A stretch of 64,000 nt of DNA from Eledone cirrhosa (Eukaryota), in contig OZ024744.1 of NCBI GenBank assembly GCA_964016885.1, positions 50,220,001 through 50,284,000 on the forward strand, written 5' to 3'. The notes beneath the pieces were generated by a model. It saw nothing but the letters and a program-made list of their open reading frames with translations, searched no databases and was not told the origin of the DNA. Below are positions 12,648 to 25,500 of this stretch, piece after piece. Position 1 is the first letter of the stretch, and every line of letters starts with the position of its first letter. A program made the translations under genes and the position numbers.

Positions 12648-13060
12648 TCGGTGGGTAAGAAAGGAGTAGGCAGAAACTCCATTCTATGTCCCAAATGCAA
12701 ACTATGGTTCTGCCCAGATGGTTCTATACAAATAGTAGACACCCTCTGTTACCTGGGTGACAAAATCAGCAGTGGAGGAGGGTGCTCTGAAAGTGTAGTA
12801 GCCAGAGTTAGAACGGGATGGAAAAAGTTCAGAGAGCTAATACTGTTGTTGGCCACAAGGGGTTTTTCTCTAAAAATGAAAGGCAGATTGTATGATGCTT
12901 ATATACGAACAGCGATATTACATGGCAGTGAGACTTGGGCACTGTGTGTAGAGGACCTGCGTAGATTAGAAAGGAATTAAGCTTGCATGCTCTGATGGAT
13001 GTGTAATAGTAACGTGTGCGAAAGGTGTAGCATAAACGAATTAAGAGGGAGACTAAGCAT
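12648..13060 (+). mobile_element. RTE fragment
   Basis: CYLGDKISSGGGC..GWKKFREL..LHGSETW. Confidence 0.85.
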
Positions 13061-15184
13061 TTATGGTGCCCTCGACCCTTACACCCGAGGCCTCTTTTTT
13101 CGGCCAGCCTCATCGCTCTCAGGAAGAAAGAGGGTAGCATACGCCCATTGCTGTGGGCAATGTCTTCCGGAGGCTGGCTGCCATGGTGATCTGCAAGTCC
13201 GTCACACACGAACTGGGTAAGGAGTTTAGTCCGGTGCAACTCGGTGTCGGTGTGTCCAGTGGTTGTGAGGGAGCCTCTCATGCAATCAAGCAGTTCTTCA
13301 GCAGCTGCCCATCGGTACTGGCATCCAGGGACTCCAGGCATCTCATTGTCAAGCTTGACATGAGGAATGCCTTCAACTCTTTACGCCGGAATCATCTGCT
13401 GGAGGTCTGCCTCTGTCGAGCCCCCTCTGCCTACCCGCTGGCCTACCTGTCTTATGGATCCCCAAGCATGCTCCTAGTTGCTGATACGGTCATACCCTCG
13501 GCTACTGGGGTCCAACAGCGCGACCCTTTGGGACCCTTCCTGTTCGCCCTTGGTATTGACCACATCGCCCGGAGTATCACGGCCCCTCTCAACGTTTGGT
13601 ATCTGGATGATGCTACGTTGGGCGGACCCGTATGGACGGTCTGCCAAGACCTTCAATCGGTGATTCCTGCCCTGGCGGGAATCGGCCTCCAGGTCAACTC
13701 GGCCAAGTCGGAGGTGGTGAACGTCAGCCTTGATGCTGCGAGCTTTGCAGCCTCCGTCTTGCAGCGGCCCATTCTCCGCCAGGTTCAGGTGACCCCCAAA
13801 GAGGATGTCCTCATCCTCGGGTCACCGATCCAACCGCCGGCCATCCGCTCCACCATCAGGTCCAGGCTTCAACAGCTCCAGACTCTCACGAGCCAACTGG
13901 GCTTGATTGACGGCCACCCAGCTCTCTTTCTGCTGAGGAACTGCTTCGCCATGCCGAAGCTCCTCTATACACTCCGCAGCGCTCCATGCTACACCCAGAC
14001 ATCTCTCCTCGGTGACCTCGATACTTGTATCCGAGCAGAAGCCGAGGGGATATGCACCGTCAAGTTTGACGCCATACGGTGGCAACAAACCACTTTACCG
14101 GTCAGGTATGGCGGCCTAGGCCTCCGGTCCCCGATCTCACTAGCTTTGTCGGCGTATCTTTCGGTAACCTCGTGCCGCGTCCTCGTCAGCAGAGTTCTTC
14201 AAAACACAACAGAACTCTCTGTGTTCAGAGAACGTGAGGTCGCCTGTGAGACGTGGAACCGGCTGGGACTTAGCCCAGTAGACATCCCTCCTGCTTCTCC
14301 CCCAGTTGACGTCAAGTCTCCTCAACGCACTTGGGATGCCATCCAGTGCAGCCTGGCCTCAGACAGGCTCACGCACCAGCTCGACCAGCACCGCCTTGCT
14401 TGCTTTCGTGCGGCCTCCAAACCCCACAGTGGTGCTTGGCTCCATGCTCTGCTCTCCTTCTCCACTGGCACGCAGCTAGACAACCATAGCCTGCGAATCG
14501 GCGTTTCCCTGAGGCTCGGCCTCCGGATCTACCAGCCACACCAATGTCACTGCGGTTCCACCGTGGACTCTTTCGGCATCCACCCACTTTCCTGTCGCCA
14601 CAGTGCCGGCCGCATTCCACGCCATGCTGCCCTCAACGAGGTCATTAAGCATGGCTTGGACGCTGCAGGCTTCCCTTCCCAGCTCGAGCCGGTGGGACTG
14701 GATCGAAGGGACGGCAAAAGGCCAGATGGTATGACCATCTTCCCGTTCCGCGGTGGCAAACCCCTCGTCTGGGATGCCACTTGCACCGACACTTTCTGCA
14801 GTCGCAACCTGGTGCAGTCTTCGACTGACCCAGGTTCTGCTGCACGTCGGGCTGAGGAGGCCAAACTCCTCAAACACCGGTCGCTCTCCGACAGGTTTGC
14901 GGTCGTTCCCCTGGCAGTGGAAACTTCTGGTGTCCTTGGCCTCAGGGCTACCTCCTTACTCACCCCCATAGGCGCTGAGCTGGCTAGCCACAGGTGTGAG
15001 CCCCGCGAGTTGGAGTGGCTTTTCCAGCGCGTCTCCCTTGCCGTCCTCCGGGGAAACGCCTTCTCCGCCGGGGCTGTGGGTGGGCCCCATCGCGTACCAA
15101 TATATTAGTTAAATACCATTCTTTCATTTCATCCAACACAATAAAGTCAGTAAATAAAAAAATAAAAAATAAAAAAAATAAAAA
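13061..15184 (+). mobile_element. CRE-clade non-LTR retrotransposon, 5'-truncated (RT, Zn knuckle, restriction-like endonuclease)
   Basis: KKEGSIRPIAVGNVFRRL, KLDMRNAFN, GVQQRDPLGP, WYLDD, YGGLGLR, CHCG..H..SC..RH, RPDG..VWDAT. A-rich tail at ~15150-15184; GC-rich relative to the host. Confidence 0.85.
13153..15108 (+). CDS. RT-RLE polyprotein of the CRE-like element (N-terminally truncated)
   Basis: 651-aa uninterrupted frame with RT and PD-(D/E)xK-like motifs. Confidence 0.8.
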   Translation: MGNVFRRLAAMVICKSVTHELGKEFSPVQLGVGVSSGCEGASHAIKQFFSSCPSVLASRDSRHLIVKLDMRNAFNSLRRNHLLEVCLCRAPSAYPLAYLSYGSPSMLLVADTVIPSATGVQQRDPLGPFLFALGIDHIARSITAPLNVWYLDDATLGGPVWTVCQDLQSVIPALAGIGLQVNSAKSEVVNVSLDAASFAASVLQRPILRQVQVTPKEDVLILGSPIQPPAIRSTIRSRLQQLQTLTSQLGLIDGHPALFLLRNCFAMPKLLYTLRSAPCYTQTSLLGDLDTCIRAEAEGICTVKFDAIRWQQTTLPVRYGGLGLRSPISLALSAYLSVTSCRVLVSRVLQNTTELSVFREREVACETWNRLGLSPVDIPPASPPVDVKSPQRTWDAIQCSLASDRLTHQLDQHRLACFRAASKPHSGAWLHALLSFSTGTQLDNHSLRIGVSLRLGLRIYQPHQCHCGSTVDSFGIHPLSCRHSAGRIPRHAALNEVIKHGLDAAGFPSQLEPVGLDRRDGKRPDGMTIFPFRGGKPLVWDATCTDTFCSRNLVQSSTDPGSAARRAEEAKLLKHRSLSDRFAVVPLAVETSGVLGLRATSLLTPIGAELASHRCEPRELEWLFQRVSLAVLRGNAFSAGAVGGPHRVPIY

Positions 15185-15273
15185 TATATATATATATATT
15201 GTGTCACTATTTATACATCTACATATCTTTATACATATATATATCTTTAAATTGATATATATATATATATATA

Positions 15274-15434
15274 TATAATGTTTAATATAGAAATGGCTTC
15301 TACAGGACTAGAACTGTTTCATTCGAAGGAAATCTAGTCCTGTAGAATCCATTTCTATATTAAACATTATATACTCTACTATGCATTGAGTACCTTACTT
15401 ACTGTGGTTACCCCTGACTGAACCCGGGATACAC

Positions 15435-15436
<2 letters not shown>
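15274..15436 (+). mobile_element. Probable PLE end remnant: fold-back plus tail
   Basis: ~15274-15312 pairs with ~15333-15372. Partial HHR 3' half GAAA-TCTAG-TC; tail atactctact..gagtacc. Confidence 0.5.
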
Positions 15437-15509
<73 letters not shown>

Positions 15510-15770
15510 AAAGAATAGAGGTGTAACACACAAGTTATTATATATTGGTAAACGGAATAGAAAATGCTGACAAATTGTTCACAGTTGAAAAATGGTTTAA
15601 TTAGGAATAAAAGAGTATTAGTGATTGTATGGGTTAGTATTCAGTTGTGGTTTTAAGTTTTTAAGTTTTTACCGGTTGCGCATTTCTAAATGCTTTTCAA
15701 AAATAATTTTGAGATAGAGTGTCCGTGTTGTTTGCTCTGAACAATTTGTCAGCATTTTCTATTCCGTTTA

Positions 15771-15815
<45 letters not shown>

Positions 15816-15959
15816 TACTCTTTTACTCTATTACCTGTTTCAGCCATCTCACTGAGGCCATATTGGGGCACCGCCCTTGTTGCTACACATTCTATCTCCA
15901 GTCTGCTGGTTATTGGTGTAAGAGGAAGTTCATTGCTGCTGCCCTTAGGTTACCTTCGT

Positions 15960-16525
15960 ACCGTGCTGTGGGCTCATCCGGGATCCTGGATAGCAGAGTG
16001 TTTCTTGAAAACATCCATGTCCACACCATGCAGATCTCTCAAATTTCTTGGCAGCTTGTTGAAGAGTTGAGGGCCTTTGAACCCCAGGCTCTAGCAATAT
16101 CTTCCCCTTACTCCAGATGTAAAAGACGGGAGCTTTGGCACCACACAGCGATGTCCTTTTCGGGGGTTGGTCTAGCTCTCAATGCCAAAGTTTGGTGCTA
16201 GTCCCTCCAGGATTTTCCATATGTATATCACTGTGTATCTCTCCCATCTTCGTTCCAAGGAGTAGAGGTTCAGTTCTTTTAGCCTCTCCCAGTAGCTTAT
16301 CTCCTTCATCATGGCAATCCTCTTGGTGTAGCTTCGTTGGATTGCCTCAAGCTCCTGTGGTTAGTTTGATACTATGGCGTGACCACAGCTGGGAGAATTA
16401 GTCCAGTTAGCTTAGGACAAATGTCCTCCATAGTATTAACATGGTTTCTTGGTCTCTTGTCTGAAAAATCCTCAAGATCCAGCCAGCAAGTCATCTGCAC
16501 ATTGTCACCACTCTCGTGATGTGTG
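15960..16525 (-). mobile_element. CR1/L2-type LINE 3' fragment
   Basis: Minus strand reads LILWRTFVLS, SQLWSP, SYWERLK..LYSLERR, WKIL..LAPNFG. Confidence 0.7.
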
Positions 16526-16619
16526 TCCACAGCAAGATAGGTAACAAACAGTTCAGAGTTTAATCCAATCAGTTAATTTCTAATCATCATAGTTCTACAA
16601 TATCACAGAACATATATAA

Positions 16620-16865
16620 CAATGAAATAACTAGGATTAAATTACATTCAATTATTTAGTAGATTTTCAAACGTTTCTATCAATACAGCAAGATGTTCCT
16701 CATTCATGATATTAAAAGTAAACATGTTATTTATATTGGTTATTGGATTTTGAAGAAATCAATACAGAGCAGAATGAATGATGGAACATCTTGCTCTATT
16801 GATAGAAACGTTTATAAAAAAATTATGTAATGTATTGTAGTTTAATCCTCCTTATTTGATCATTA
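16620..16865. mobile_element. Old PLE-like fold-back with degenerate HHR
   Basis: ~16620-16707 is a diverged inverse of ~16774-16865. GATTT-TGAAGA-long stem-GAAACGTT at ~16746-16812. Confidence 0.45.
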
Positions 16866-16871
16866 TTATTA

Positions 16872-17011
16872 TTAGTTACGTCCCTTTACGGACTGAGTTC
16901 AAATCCCGCCAATGTTAACTTTGCCTTTCATCCTTACAGACTCGATAAAATAAAGTACCAGTAATACACTGGGATAATTGCTGGCCTTGTGCCAAAAAGT
17001 AGAAACAATTA
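16872..17011 (+). mobile_element. tRNA-derived SINE family A (Meta-like core), partial
   Basis: B-box gagttcaaatccc; core gcctttcatcc..tcgataaaataaagtacc. Confidence 0.8.
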
Positions 17012-17046
17012 TTAATAGTTATGTAATAAACAACATAAGATAATTA

Positions 17047-17106
17047 TTTCATTTACCAGTGGTTTCTTGAAAGCAAACAAATCTGCTTTCAGTCATCAGA
17101 ATGAAA
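17047..17106 (-). ncRNA. Type I hammerhead ribozyme (inverted copy of 17177-17236)
   Basis: Reverse complement of the plus-strand motif, inside inverted repeat 17012-17122/17161-17271. Confidence 0.85.
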
Positions 17107-17176
17107 AGATCCTGGTGTTTTACACCAGGATTTTGTACATTTTTATACATTTTATACATATAAAACACCAGGATTT

Positions 17177-17236
17177 TTTCATTCTGATGACTGAAAGCAG
17201 ATTTGTTTGCTTTCAAGAAACCACTGGTAAATGAAA
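17177..17236 (+). ncRNA. Type I hammerhead ribozyme
   Basis: TTTCATT-CTGATGA-CTGAAAGCAG ATTTGT TTGCTTTCAA-GAAA-CC ACT GG-TA-AATGAAA; GUA site. Confidence 0.88.
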
Positions 17237-17524
17237 TAATTATCTTATGTTGTTTATTAAATAACTATTAAGCTCTGTAACCTACATAGAGCACTCTTTT
17301 TTCCTGGACCTTTCCGACGGAATTACTTCATTATTATTATAATAATATATATATATAATATATATATATATATAATATATATATATATGTGTGTGTGTAT
17401 GTATATATATATATATATTTTTTATATTATTATTATAATTTTTTTTCGTGCAATGGCCAAACTCGATAACGAGGGGGCAGCCATCGTGTATGTATATATA
17501 TATGTGTGTATATATATATATATA

Positions 17525-17897
17525 GGCGCATGGCTTAGTGGTTAGAGCATATATATAGGCGCATGGCTTAGTGGTTAGAGCATTGGCCTTGCATCGAAAG
17601 GTTGTGAGTTCAATTCTCAGACCAGGTGATGTGTTGTTTCCGTGAGCAAGACACTTTATTTCACATTGCTCCAGTTTACTCCGCTGTAGAAATGAGATGA
17701 TAGGGACTGGGGTCCATATCATTCCACTGCAAAGTGGTCGTGGAGGTACCACAGCAAAAATGCACCCAGCACTCACTGTAAATGAGGTTGGTGTTAGGAA
17801 GGGCATCCAGCTGTAGAAATCAAGCCAGAATCAGTTCCCGTCCCACCCTTGCAAGCAGGAAAAAGCGGACGTAAAATGATGATGATGATGATGATGA

Positions 17898-17900
<3 letters not shown>
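17525..17900 (+). mobile_element. tRNA-derived CORE-like SINE with RTE-derived 3' tail; head duplicated
   Basis: A-box tggcttagtgg (twice), B-box gagttcaattc, core gagcaagacactt, RTE-like tail ggaagggcatccagctgtagaa..(GAT)n. Confidence 0.75.
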
Positions 17901-17937
<37 letters not shown>

Positions 17938-18093
17938 TAATATACACGGGTGTGTATGATTGTGTATAGAAGATTATATTAATAAAAGGAATTCCAACTT
18001 TGTCTGATTTACTCGTTTTATTTACAATCCTTTAAAATTATAATGGTATTAGAATGAAACAGTATGGTAGAATATTAAATGTTAAGTGTTAAT

Positions 18094-18132
18094 TAAACAA
18101 GTACTTTCATGCTTTCGCAATCTTCAGGTTCA
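18094..18132 (-). ncRNA. Minimal type I hammerhead in pLTR
   Basis: TGAAC-CTGAAGA-TTGC GAAA GCAT-GAAA-GTAC-TT-GTTTA. Confidence 0.75.
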
Positions 18133-20160
18133 TATTCTGTGGTGACAGTCAAGTTTGCAATTTTCAATTGTAATGAGATGGGTAAATTTTGTGAAAAGCG
18201 GCTACAGGATGCTAAATTTTGCAAACTGTATTTCGATGATGAAACAGTCGTCAAGGTATCTCTTCCAAGATTTTTCAATGTACTTTCTAAAGTCAGTGCT
18301 ATATTTTTCCTCTATTTCTTGGTAGAGGTGTTGTTCTAAGTATCCCATTACAGAGTTCGCGTAAACAAACTTCGTTCCCATCGCTGTGCCTCTAATTTGG
18401 ATGTAATTCTTTCCATTGAAGAAGAAAGTCTTGTTTTCCAGAATAAGTTTGACTGCGTCTAGTATAAATGGCGCTGTGAATCTGGTGGGAATCACTTCTC
18501 TATGTTTTTCCACCCAGTACTTAACCGCCTTTATTTCTAAATCATGTGTAATGTTGGTGTAAAGGCTTACCACATCAAAACTAAGTTGAAGTGAATTCGT
18601 TTCCGTGGTTTTGGGAAGATGGGACAGGAAATCGATATCATCCCGGATGAAACTGGGTATGTGAATACATAGTGGTTTCAAAATAATGTCAACAAAATTG
18701 CTTAGACGGTGGGTGGGGTATGTTGGACCAGCTATAATAGGTCTAAGTTTTAAGTCTTTTGGGTGTAGTAATTTAATGTACTCACTGTTTTGTTCTTTTA
18801 CTGCCAGCTGTATTTCTTTTGACTTATAAACTTTCAGTAGGCCATACAGGTTGCTGGGTTTCGGCTCAAAATTGGTGATGTAGTCTCTTTCCTTATCAGT
18901 AAGTGATTGTGGTATTTTGAAGCCAGGTTGTTGATCTTCTTCATGATGTTGTGGTCTATATTTGACGGTATTTCATGGTAGAATGTTGTGTCTTTCAGTT
19001 GTTCCTCAACTAAATCTTTGTAGTATTCAGCATCCATTATAACAACTGCACCCCCTTTATCTGCTTGTTTAATTATTATTGTTTTATAATTTTGTATACG
19101 TTTAAGTGCAGACATTTTTGATTTGTTAATGTTTGGCCTAACATTAGTATTACGTCTAAGAGGAAATTTAGACAGGATGCCAATGTATTGGTCGAGATAG
19201 ATATTTCTTCCTTTTGGCGGAGTGAAATTTGATTTATTCTTTACTAGTGATTCATCACTCTCATTACTTTTATCAGCGAAGAATTCTACAAGTCGTAATT
19301 TTCGACAGAATTCTTGGGTATCCTCCTTCAGTTCTTGCTGGTTGACTGTTGGAGTCGGTGTGAATTTCACTCCTTTGACAGAATTTGCATTTCATCATTG
19401 TCAAGATCTCTTTTGGATAAATTAATTATTTTAGGATCTACGTGTACAGTTGTTTTGGGTATGTTTCCTCCTGGAGTTTTTTCTTTTTCCGGTTTTTGTT
19501 GTCCTGACGTTAAAAAATGGATTTTTCTCTGTTCAGGATTTATATTCCTGTTGGTGTTTGCTTCATGAACTTTTGGTCGTGATATTATATTTGGTTTCGT
19601 TATGTTTTTTGTCCTATATTTGGTATTATGTATATTATTTTTCCATTTCTTCTTAGCATTATTTTTAACAATCTGGGGAAATGACCTAGGTTTGCTTTCA
19701 GGTTTAGATCGTTTTTTCACCCAGTTTCTTGTGGGTAATCTCTGTTGAGATCTTGAGAATGATCTCCTGGTTTTTCTACTTCTCATGGTCTGGTCAAAGG
19801 GGGTAATACTCCTACTATGACTATGACAACGACCATGTCATGTAGACTACCACCACTAACAACAACAACAATAATAATAATAAAAGTGATGTTGATGGTG
19901 ATGATTAATAGAAAATGCTATTTTCATCATTTCTAAAAATAGCAAAACAAGTGATGTTTTGGACAGGGTCAAACAGTAGTCGTTAGACATGCTCAACCAA
20001 CCGTGATGCCTAAACCAATCAGCTTTAGTAATCCAGTGAAACTACACACAGATTGGTCGAAATACAGTTTGCAAAATTGAGCATCCTGTGGCCGCTTTTC
20101 ACAAAATTTACCCATCTCATTACAGTTTAAAATTGCAAACTTGACTGTCACCACAGAATA

Positions 20161-20199
20161 TGAACCTGAAGATTGCGAAAGCATGAAAGTACTTGTTCA
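20161..20199 (+). ncRNA. Minimal type I hammerhead in inverted pLTR
   Basis: TGAAC-CTGAAGA-TTGC GAAA GCAT-GAAA-GTAC-TT-GTTCA. Confidence 0.8.
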
Positions 20200-20343
20200 A
20201 TTAACAATTAACACTTAACATTTAATATTCTACCATACTATTTCATTCTAATACCATTATACATTTTAAAGGATTGTAAATAAAACGAGTAAATCAGACA
20301 AAGTTAGAATTCCTTTTATTAATATATATATATATATATACTA

Positions 20344-20478
20344 TAATTGTTTCTACTTTTGACACGAGGCCAGCAATTATCCCAGTGTATTACTGGTACT
20401 TTATTTTATCGATCCCGTAAGGATGAAAGGCAAAGTTAACCTCGACGGGATTTAAACTCAGAACGTAACTATGCTACT
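20344..20478 (-). mobile_element. SINE family A, partial
   Basis: Same core as 40680-40866. Confidence 0.8.
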
Positions 20479-20654
20479 CAGACGTAACTATGCTACTCAA
20501 CAAACATTAGGAAATACCTGAGTATATTCCTAATTAAACGTTCGGGGTGCTAACTAATTGTATTGTGTGGAAAATTGGCTGTATCATTTCATATGAGATA
20601 TATCAAATATATCACTTCCCAGACGACTCGTTTCATTATGAGATTTCTTCAATA

Positions 20655-20702
<48 letters not shown>

Positions 20703-20741
20703 CATACACCCATACATACATATACACGTACACATATATAT

Positions 20742-20779
<38 letters not shown>

Positions 20780-20871
20780 TTAACGGCCATCTTTCACACA
20801 AGTATATATATATATATATACATAATACATAATTTATATATATATATATAAATGAAAATATAGAAATTAAT

Positions 20872-21238
20872 TGTTTCTACTTTAGGCACAAGGCCAGCAA
20901 TTACCCAGTGCATTACTGGTACTTTATTTTATCGCCCCCATAAGGATGAAAGGCAAAGTCAACCTCGGCGGGATTTGAACTCAGATCGTAAAGGGACGTA
21001 ACTATGCTGGAAAGCATGGCGTCCGAAAATATAGAAATTAATTGTTTTTACTTTTGGCACAAGGCCAGCAATTACCCAGTGCATTACTGGTACTTTATTT
21101 TATCGACCCCGTAAGGATGAAAGGCAAAGTCAACCTCGGCGGGATTTGAACTCAGATCGTAAAGGGACGTAACTATGCTGGAAAGCATGGCGTCCGACCC
21201 TCTACCGATACTGCCAATCCACTGCCAATCCACCGCCC
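20872..21238 (-). mobile_element. Two tandem SINE family A copies
   Basis: 20872-21025 and 21044-21238 are near-identical; gaaaatatagaaattaat occurs before, between and after them. Confidence 0.88.
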
Positions 21239-21372
21239 GAAAATATAGAAATTAATGTGAGCAAGATATATATATGCATACATGCATACATTGTCTATAG
21301 ATATGTTTCCTTTGTATTTAAACATAAAAGTGTTTTTTTAATTACCACATACTATGTATAATTATATATATA

Positions 21373-21917
<545 letters not shown>

Positions 21918-22100
21918 GTAATAATAGGTAAATAAAAATCCAAGGTATACAGCAACTCAAGTTCATAGGGAAAGTTTGAATATAAATATTATGGTCAGTA
22001 CCACAACAATGACATACCAGTTACATATGTTTCATTGATCGTTGACAACCAACTTGCTTAACCTGGGCCAATGGAAAATGACCCAAAAGTGTTTACTCTC

Positions 22101-22280
<180 letters not shown>

Positions 22281-22302
22281 TGAAAAGGGATATATATCTA
22301 TA

Positions 22303-22540
22303 AAAAAAAGCACCCAGCTCACATTGTAAAGCGGACGTGTAGGCGCCACGACAAAAAAGCACCCACCATTCACTGTAAATGAGGTTGGTGTTAGGAAGGG
22401 CATCCAGCTGTAGAAATCAAGCCAGAATCAGTTCCCATATGAGCAAGACAAGGTCAGGCAACCGGACACTGCCCACAACAGGACAACTCGTCTAACCCAT
22501 GCTAGAGTGGATGAACGGACGTAAAACGGGGATGATGATG
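22303..22540 (+). mobile_element. RTE 3' UTR fragment
   Basis: Matches ~8325-8560. Confidence 0.85.
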
Positions 22541-22544
22541 AATT

Positions 22545-25500
22545 TATATATAGTATATTTGGCAATATACCGTCTGTTTAATTAAAAACATTTAGAAGAC
22601 CATACGCTATCAGCTTGATAGCGTAAGGTCTTCTAAATTTTTTTAATTAAACAGACGCTATATTGCCAAATATACTATATATATATTCATGTATACATCG
22701 CTATTTCAGAGCATCAATCCTAATACCATATATAAATAGAGGAAACCCCAATACTAATAACAAAAAAACCATGGAGTGCCTCTTCAGATCAAGAAGGACC
22801 CCCCCCCCCACACACACACACACACAACACACTATTGGAGGAGTTCGAGAACGAAATGATTGGCATCATTTCCAACATCAAATTTTCCGACCAACCATAC
22901 TGTGGTCGAGAGTACCTTAGACGACTGGAAAATGGAATTACCGAGCTTAAGGAATCTACAGGAATACTCGTCCATGCCGACAAAACCAACAACCCTTACA
23001 GTATTGACGTTCAACTTTACCATGAGCTAATCCTCAGGGAATTGAGAAAAACCTACAAAAAAACGCCCGAGGCTGCCCTGGAGGATATCAACATCAAGGC
23101 TTATGAGATCGTATCTGATCTTGGCATAGATGATAGGACGGCCCCCTACCAACTAAGGGAGCCGGGGATTACCATTAAGGACCACAAACCAAACTTTGAG
23201 TCTAACCTGCCGGCCAGACTGATAGCCTCCTCCAGGTCAGACATGGAGGTTATTAGCAAAAGCATTTTAGATAAGATCCTGCCCACACTTAAGAGTAAAA
23301 TAAGGTTACAACTCTGGTCCTGCACCAGCCAGCTGCTGGACTGGTTTTTACCTGACAAACATAGGACTATCTTCATACAACTAGACATCAACAATTACTA
23401 CTCCTCTATCTCGCCCATAGTCCCGAACAAGGCACTCATATTCGTGATGAATAGGACAGACCTAACGCGCGACGAGATCCGAATCATACACGTCGCCAGA
23501 AAGACCCTGATCCGATTCGGTGGGGACATATGGACCCGGAGTGACTGGCCAAATAATTTTGACATTACAATGGGCTCCAGTAACTCCGCACAGCTAACGG
23601 ACTTGGTTGGGATATACATACTCTGCGAGATCAGGAGCGAAATACCCAACCTGGATAGCGGCCTGCACCGTCGTGGACCACACCACCACAATGGTCGAAA
23701 ATATGAAGAGGAGAATTAGACATTTCTTTAGCAAGGTAGGACTTAAAGTAGAGATGGAACCCAATAGAAAAGTAGTGAAATTCCTGGACACCACCCTCAA
23801 CCTCAACACCAAGCTACACCACCCATATCATAAACCCAATGAGAAGCTGGTGTATATTGACGCTGGGTCCAATAACCCAAGATCTATAGTTAAGGCCGTA
23901 GTTAAGAGTGTCTGACAGGATCTCTAACTTGTCTGCCAATAAAGAGATCTTCAATAGTAATGCTGATTACTATAGCTCAGCGCTAGCCAAGGCGTCCCAC
24001 AGCCATATGATCAGCTATAACCCTAAGGGACATGATCGAGATGACATAAGCGTACCCCGGGCCAATACCCTCAGGGGCATGAGTCGCCCACCTAATACCT
24101 CGGTGACCAGTAGTAACACTCCCAGACCCCTATCCGTCACCACCCCCGGTAGAAGGTCCCGCATACCCCACCGGTCTAATACCTACAACGCTGAAGACCA
24201 CTGCGGTGCGGAGCATAGGCACCCCTGCACCGGCCCCACCACCCGCCGAACCCTAATTGAGCATGGAGGCCGTAAAACGCAGGTTTATAGCCCCACGGTG
24301 GGCCCATATAACCCTCATGATAGTGATCACTCCGCACACCTGAGTGACACCAACCGAGCTCGACCTGAGCTGTGCACAACCCCGCGATGGACCACGGCGG
24401 ACACCCAACAACCCCGCAAGAATATGACCAGGAAGGTCACATGGTATAACCCCCCCGTACTCGGTGGGTCTACGTACCAGCCTGGCTAGAACATTCTTTA
24501 GAGTACTGGATAAATGTTTCCCTATGGCCCACAAGTACCATAAAATATTCAACAGGCACACGGTGAAACTTTCCTACTCAACCACACGCTCCGTAGCCCA
24601 GCACATAGCCGACATAAATAGGTATAGGCTCACTTCCTCTAATACCACCGTAAACCCCGGAGCCACCCAACGGAACCAGCACGCAGGACACACCAGACCC
24701 CGGACAGGCCCATCTAGCACACTGAAACCCAACGACTGATTGCGGTGGCTACCCAGCCAACCCCGAGTGATGGTAACCACGCGGTACATGTGCTGGGGAT
24801 TAAGAAGTCATACAATTGCAGAGACCCATTACTATGCCCCCTTAGTAATGAATGCATGACGAAAAAAGTAGTCTACAGGTGCAAGGTCACAACCCCTAAC
24901 TCGGAGCACCATTACATAGGATCCACGGCGACGAGCTTCAAAGATAGGTGGTATAACCATCGCCATTCCTTTAACAGAATAGAAAAGAGGAAATGTACGG
25001 CCCTTTCTGAATTGATCTGGAAGCTCAAACTTGAAAAGACCCCGCACTCTCTGGTCTGGTCCGTGGTTAGAAAGGTTCCCCCAGACAGAGGTGGATCTGG
25101 TATTTGCAACCTCTGTCTTAGTGAGACGCTCGAGATACTTCATGGCGGAACCAAGCTATTAAACAGAAGGGCCGGCTTATTCGGCGCCTACAGACACCTA
25201 AGGACGGGAACTTTCCTTAAGCTATATGGATAAACCCCGGTTATGGCCTCACACAACGCTCCCTCCTCCTGTAGGTCCCCAACACCCCGTACCAATGACC
25301 AATGGACAACAACCACCAATAGTTTGTGGTCCCTACGATGGATTGTCTACCGGATCCTCTATTGGTTAGGTATCAACAAAACCACGTTTATTGAACCTGA
25401 GGAACCCCCTCCCCTCTGGAGTGGCCTACACCGGAAGAACAATTATCCCAAGGTACTAATCCAAAACGCATAAATGAGTGCCCGCAACCGTGCATTGTGT

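Larger units (their letters stand above)
17975..20325 (-). mobile_element. Penelope-like element (Neptune-like RT), internally deleted, bounded by ~265-bp inverted pLTRs
   Basis: Frameshifted minus ORFs: FTPTP, KQADKGGAVV, SFDVVSLYTNI, GTAMGTKF, WKRYLDDCF. 17975-18236 is the inverse of 20058-20325. Confidence 0.88.

Noticed and set aside
17525-17630. tRNA gene
   Set aside because: A and B boxes run into a SINE core and RTE tail; no complete cloverleaf.
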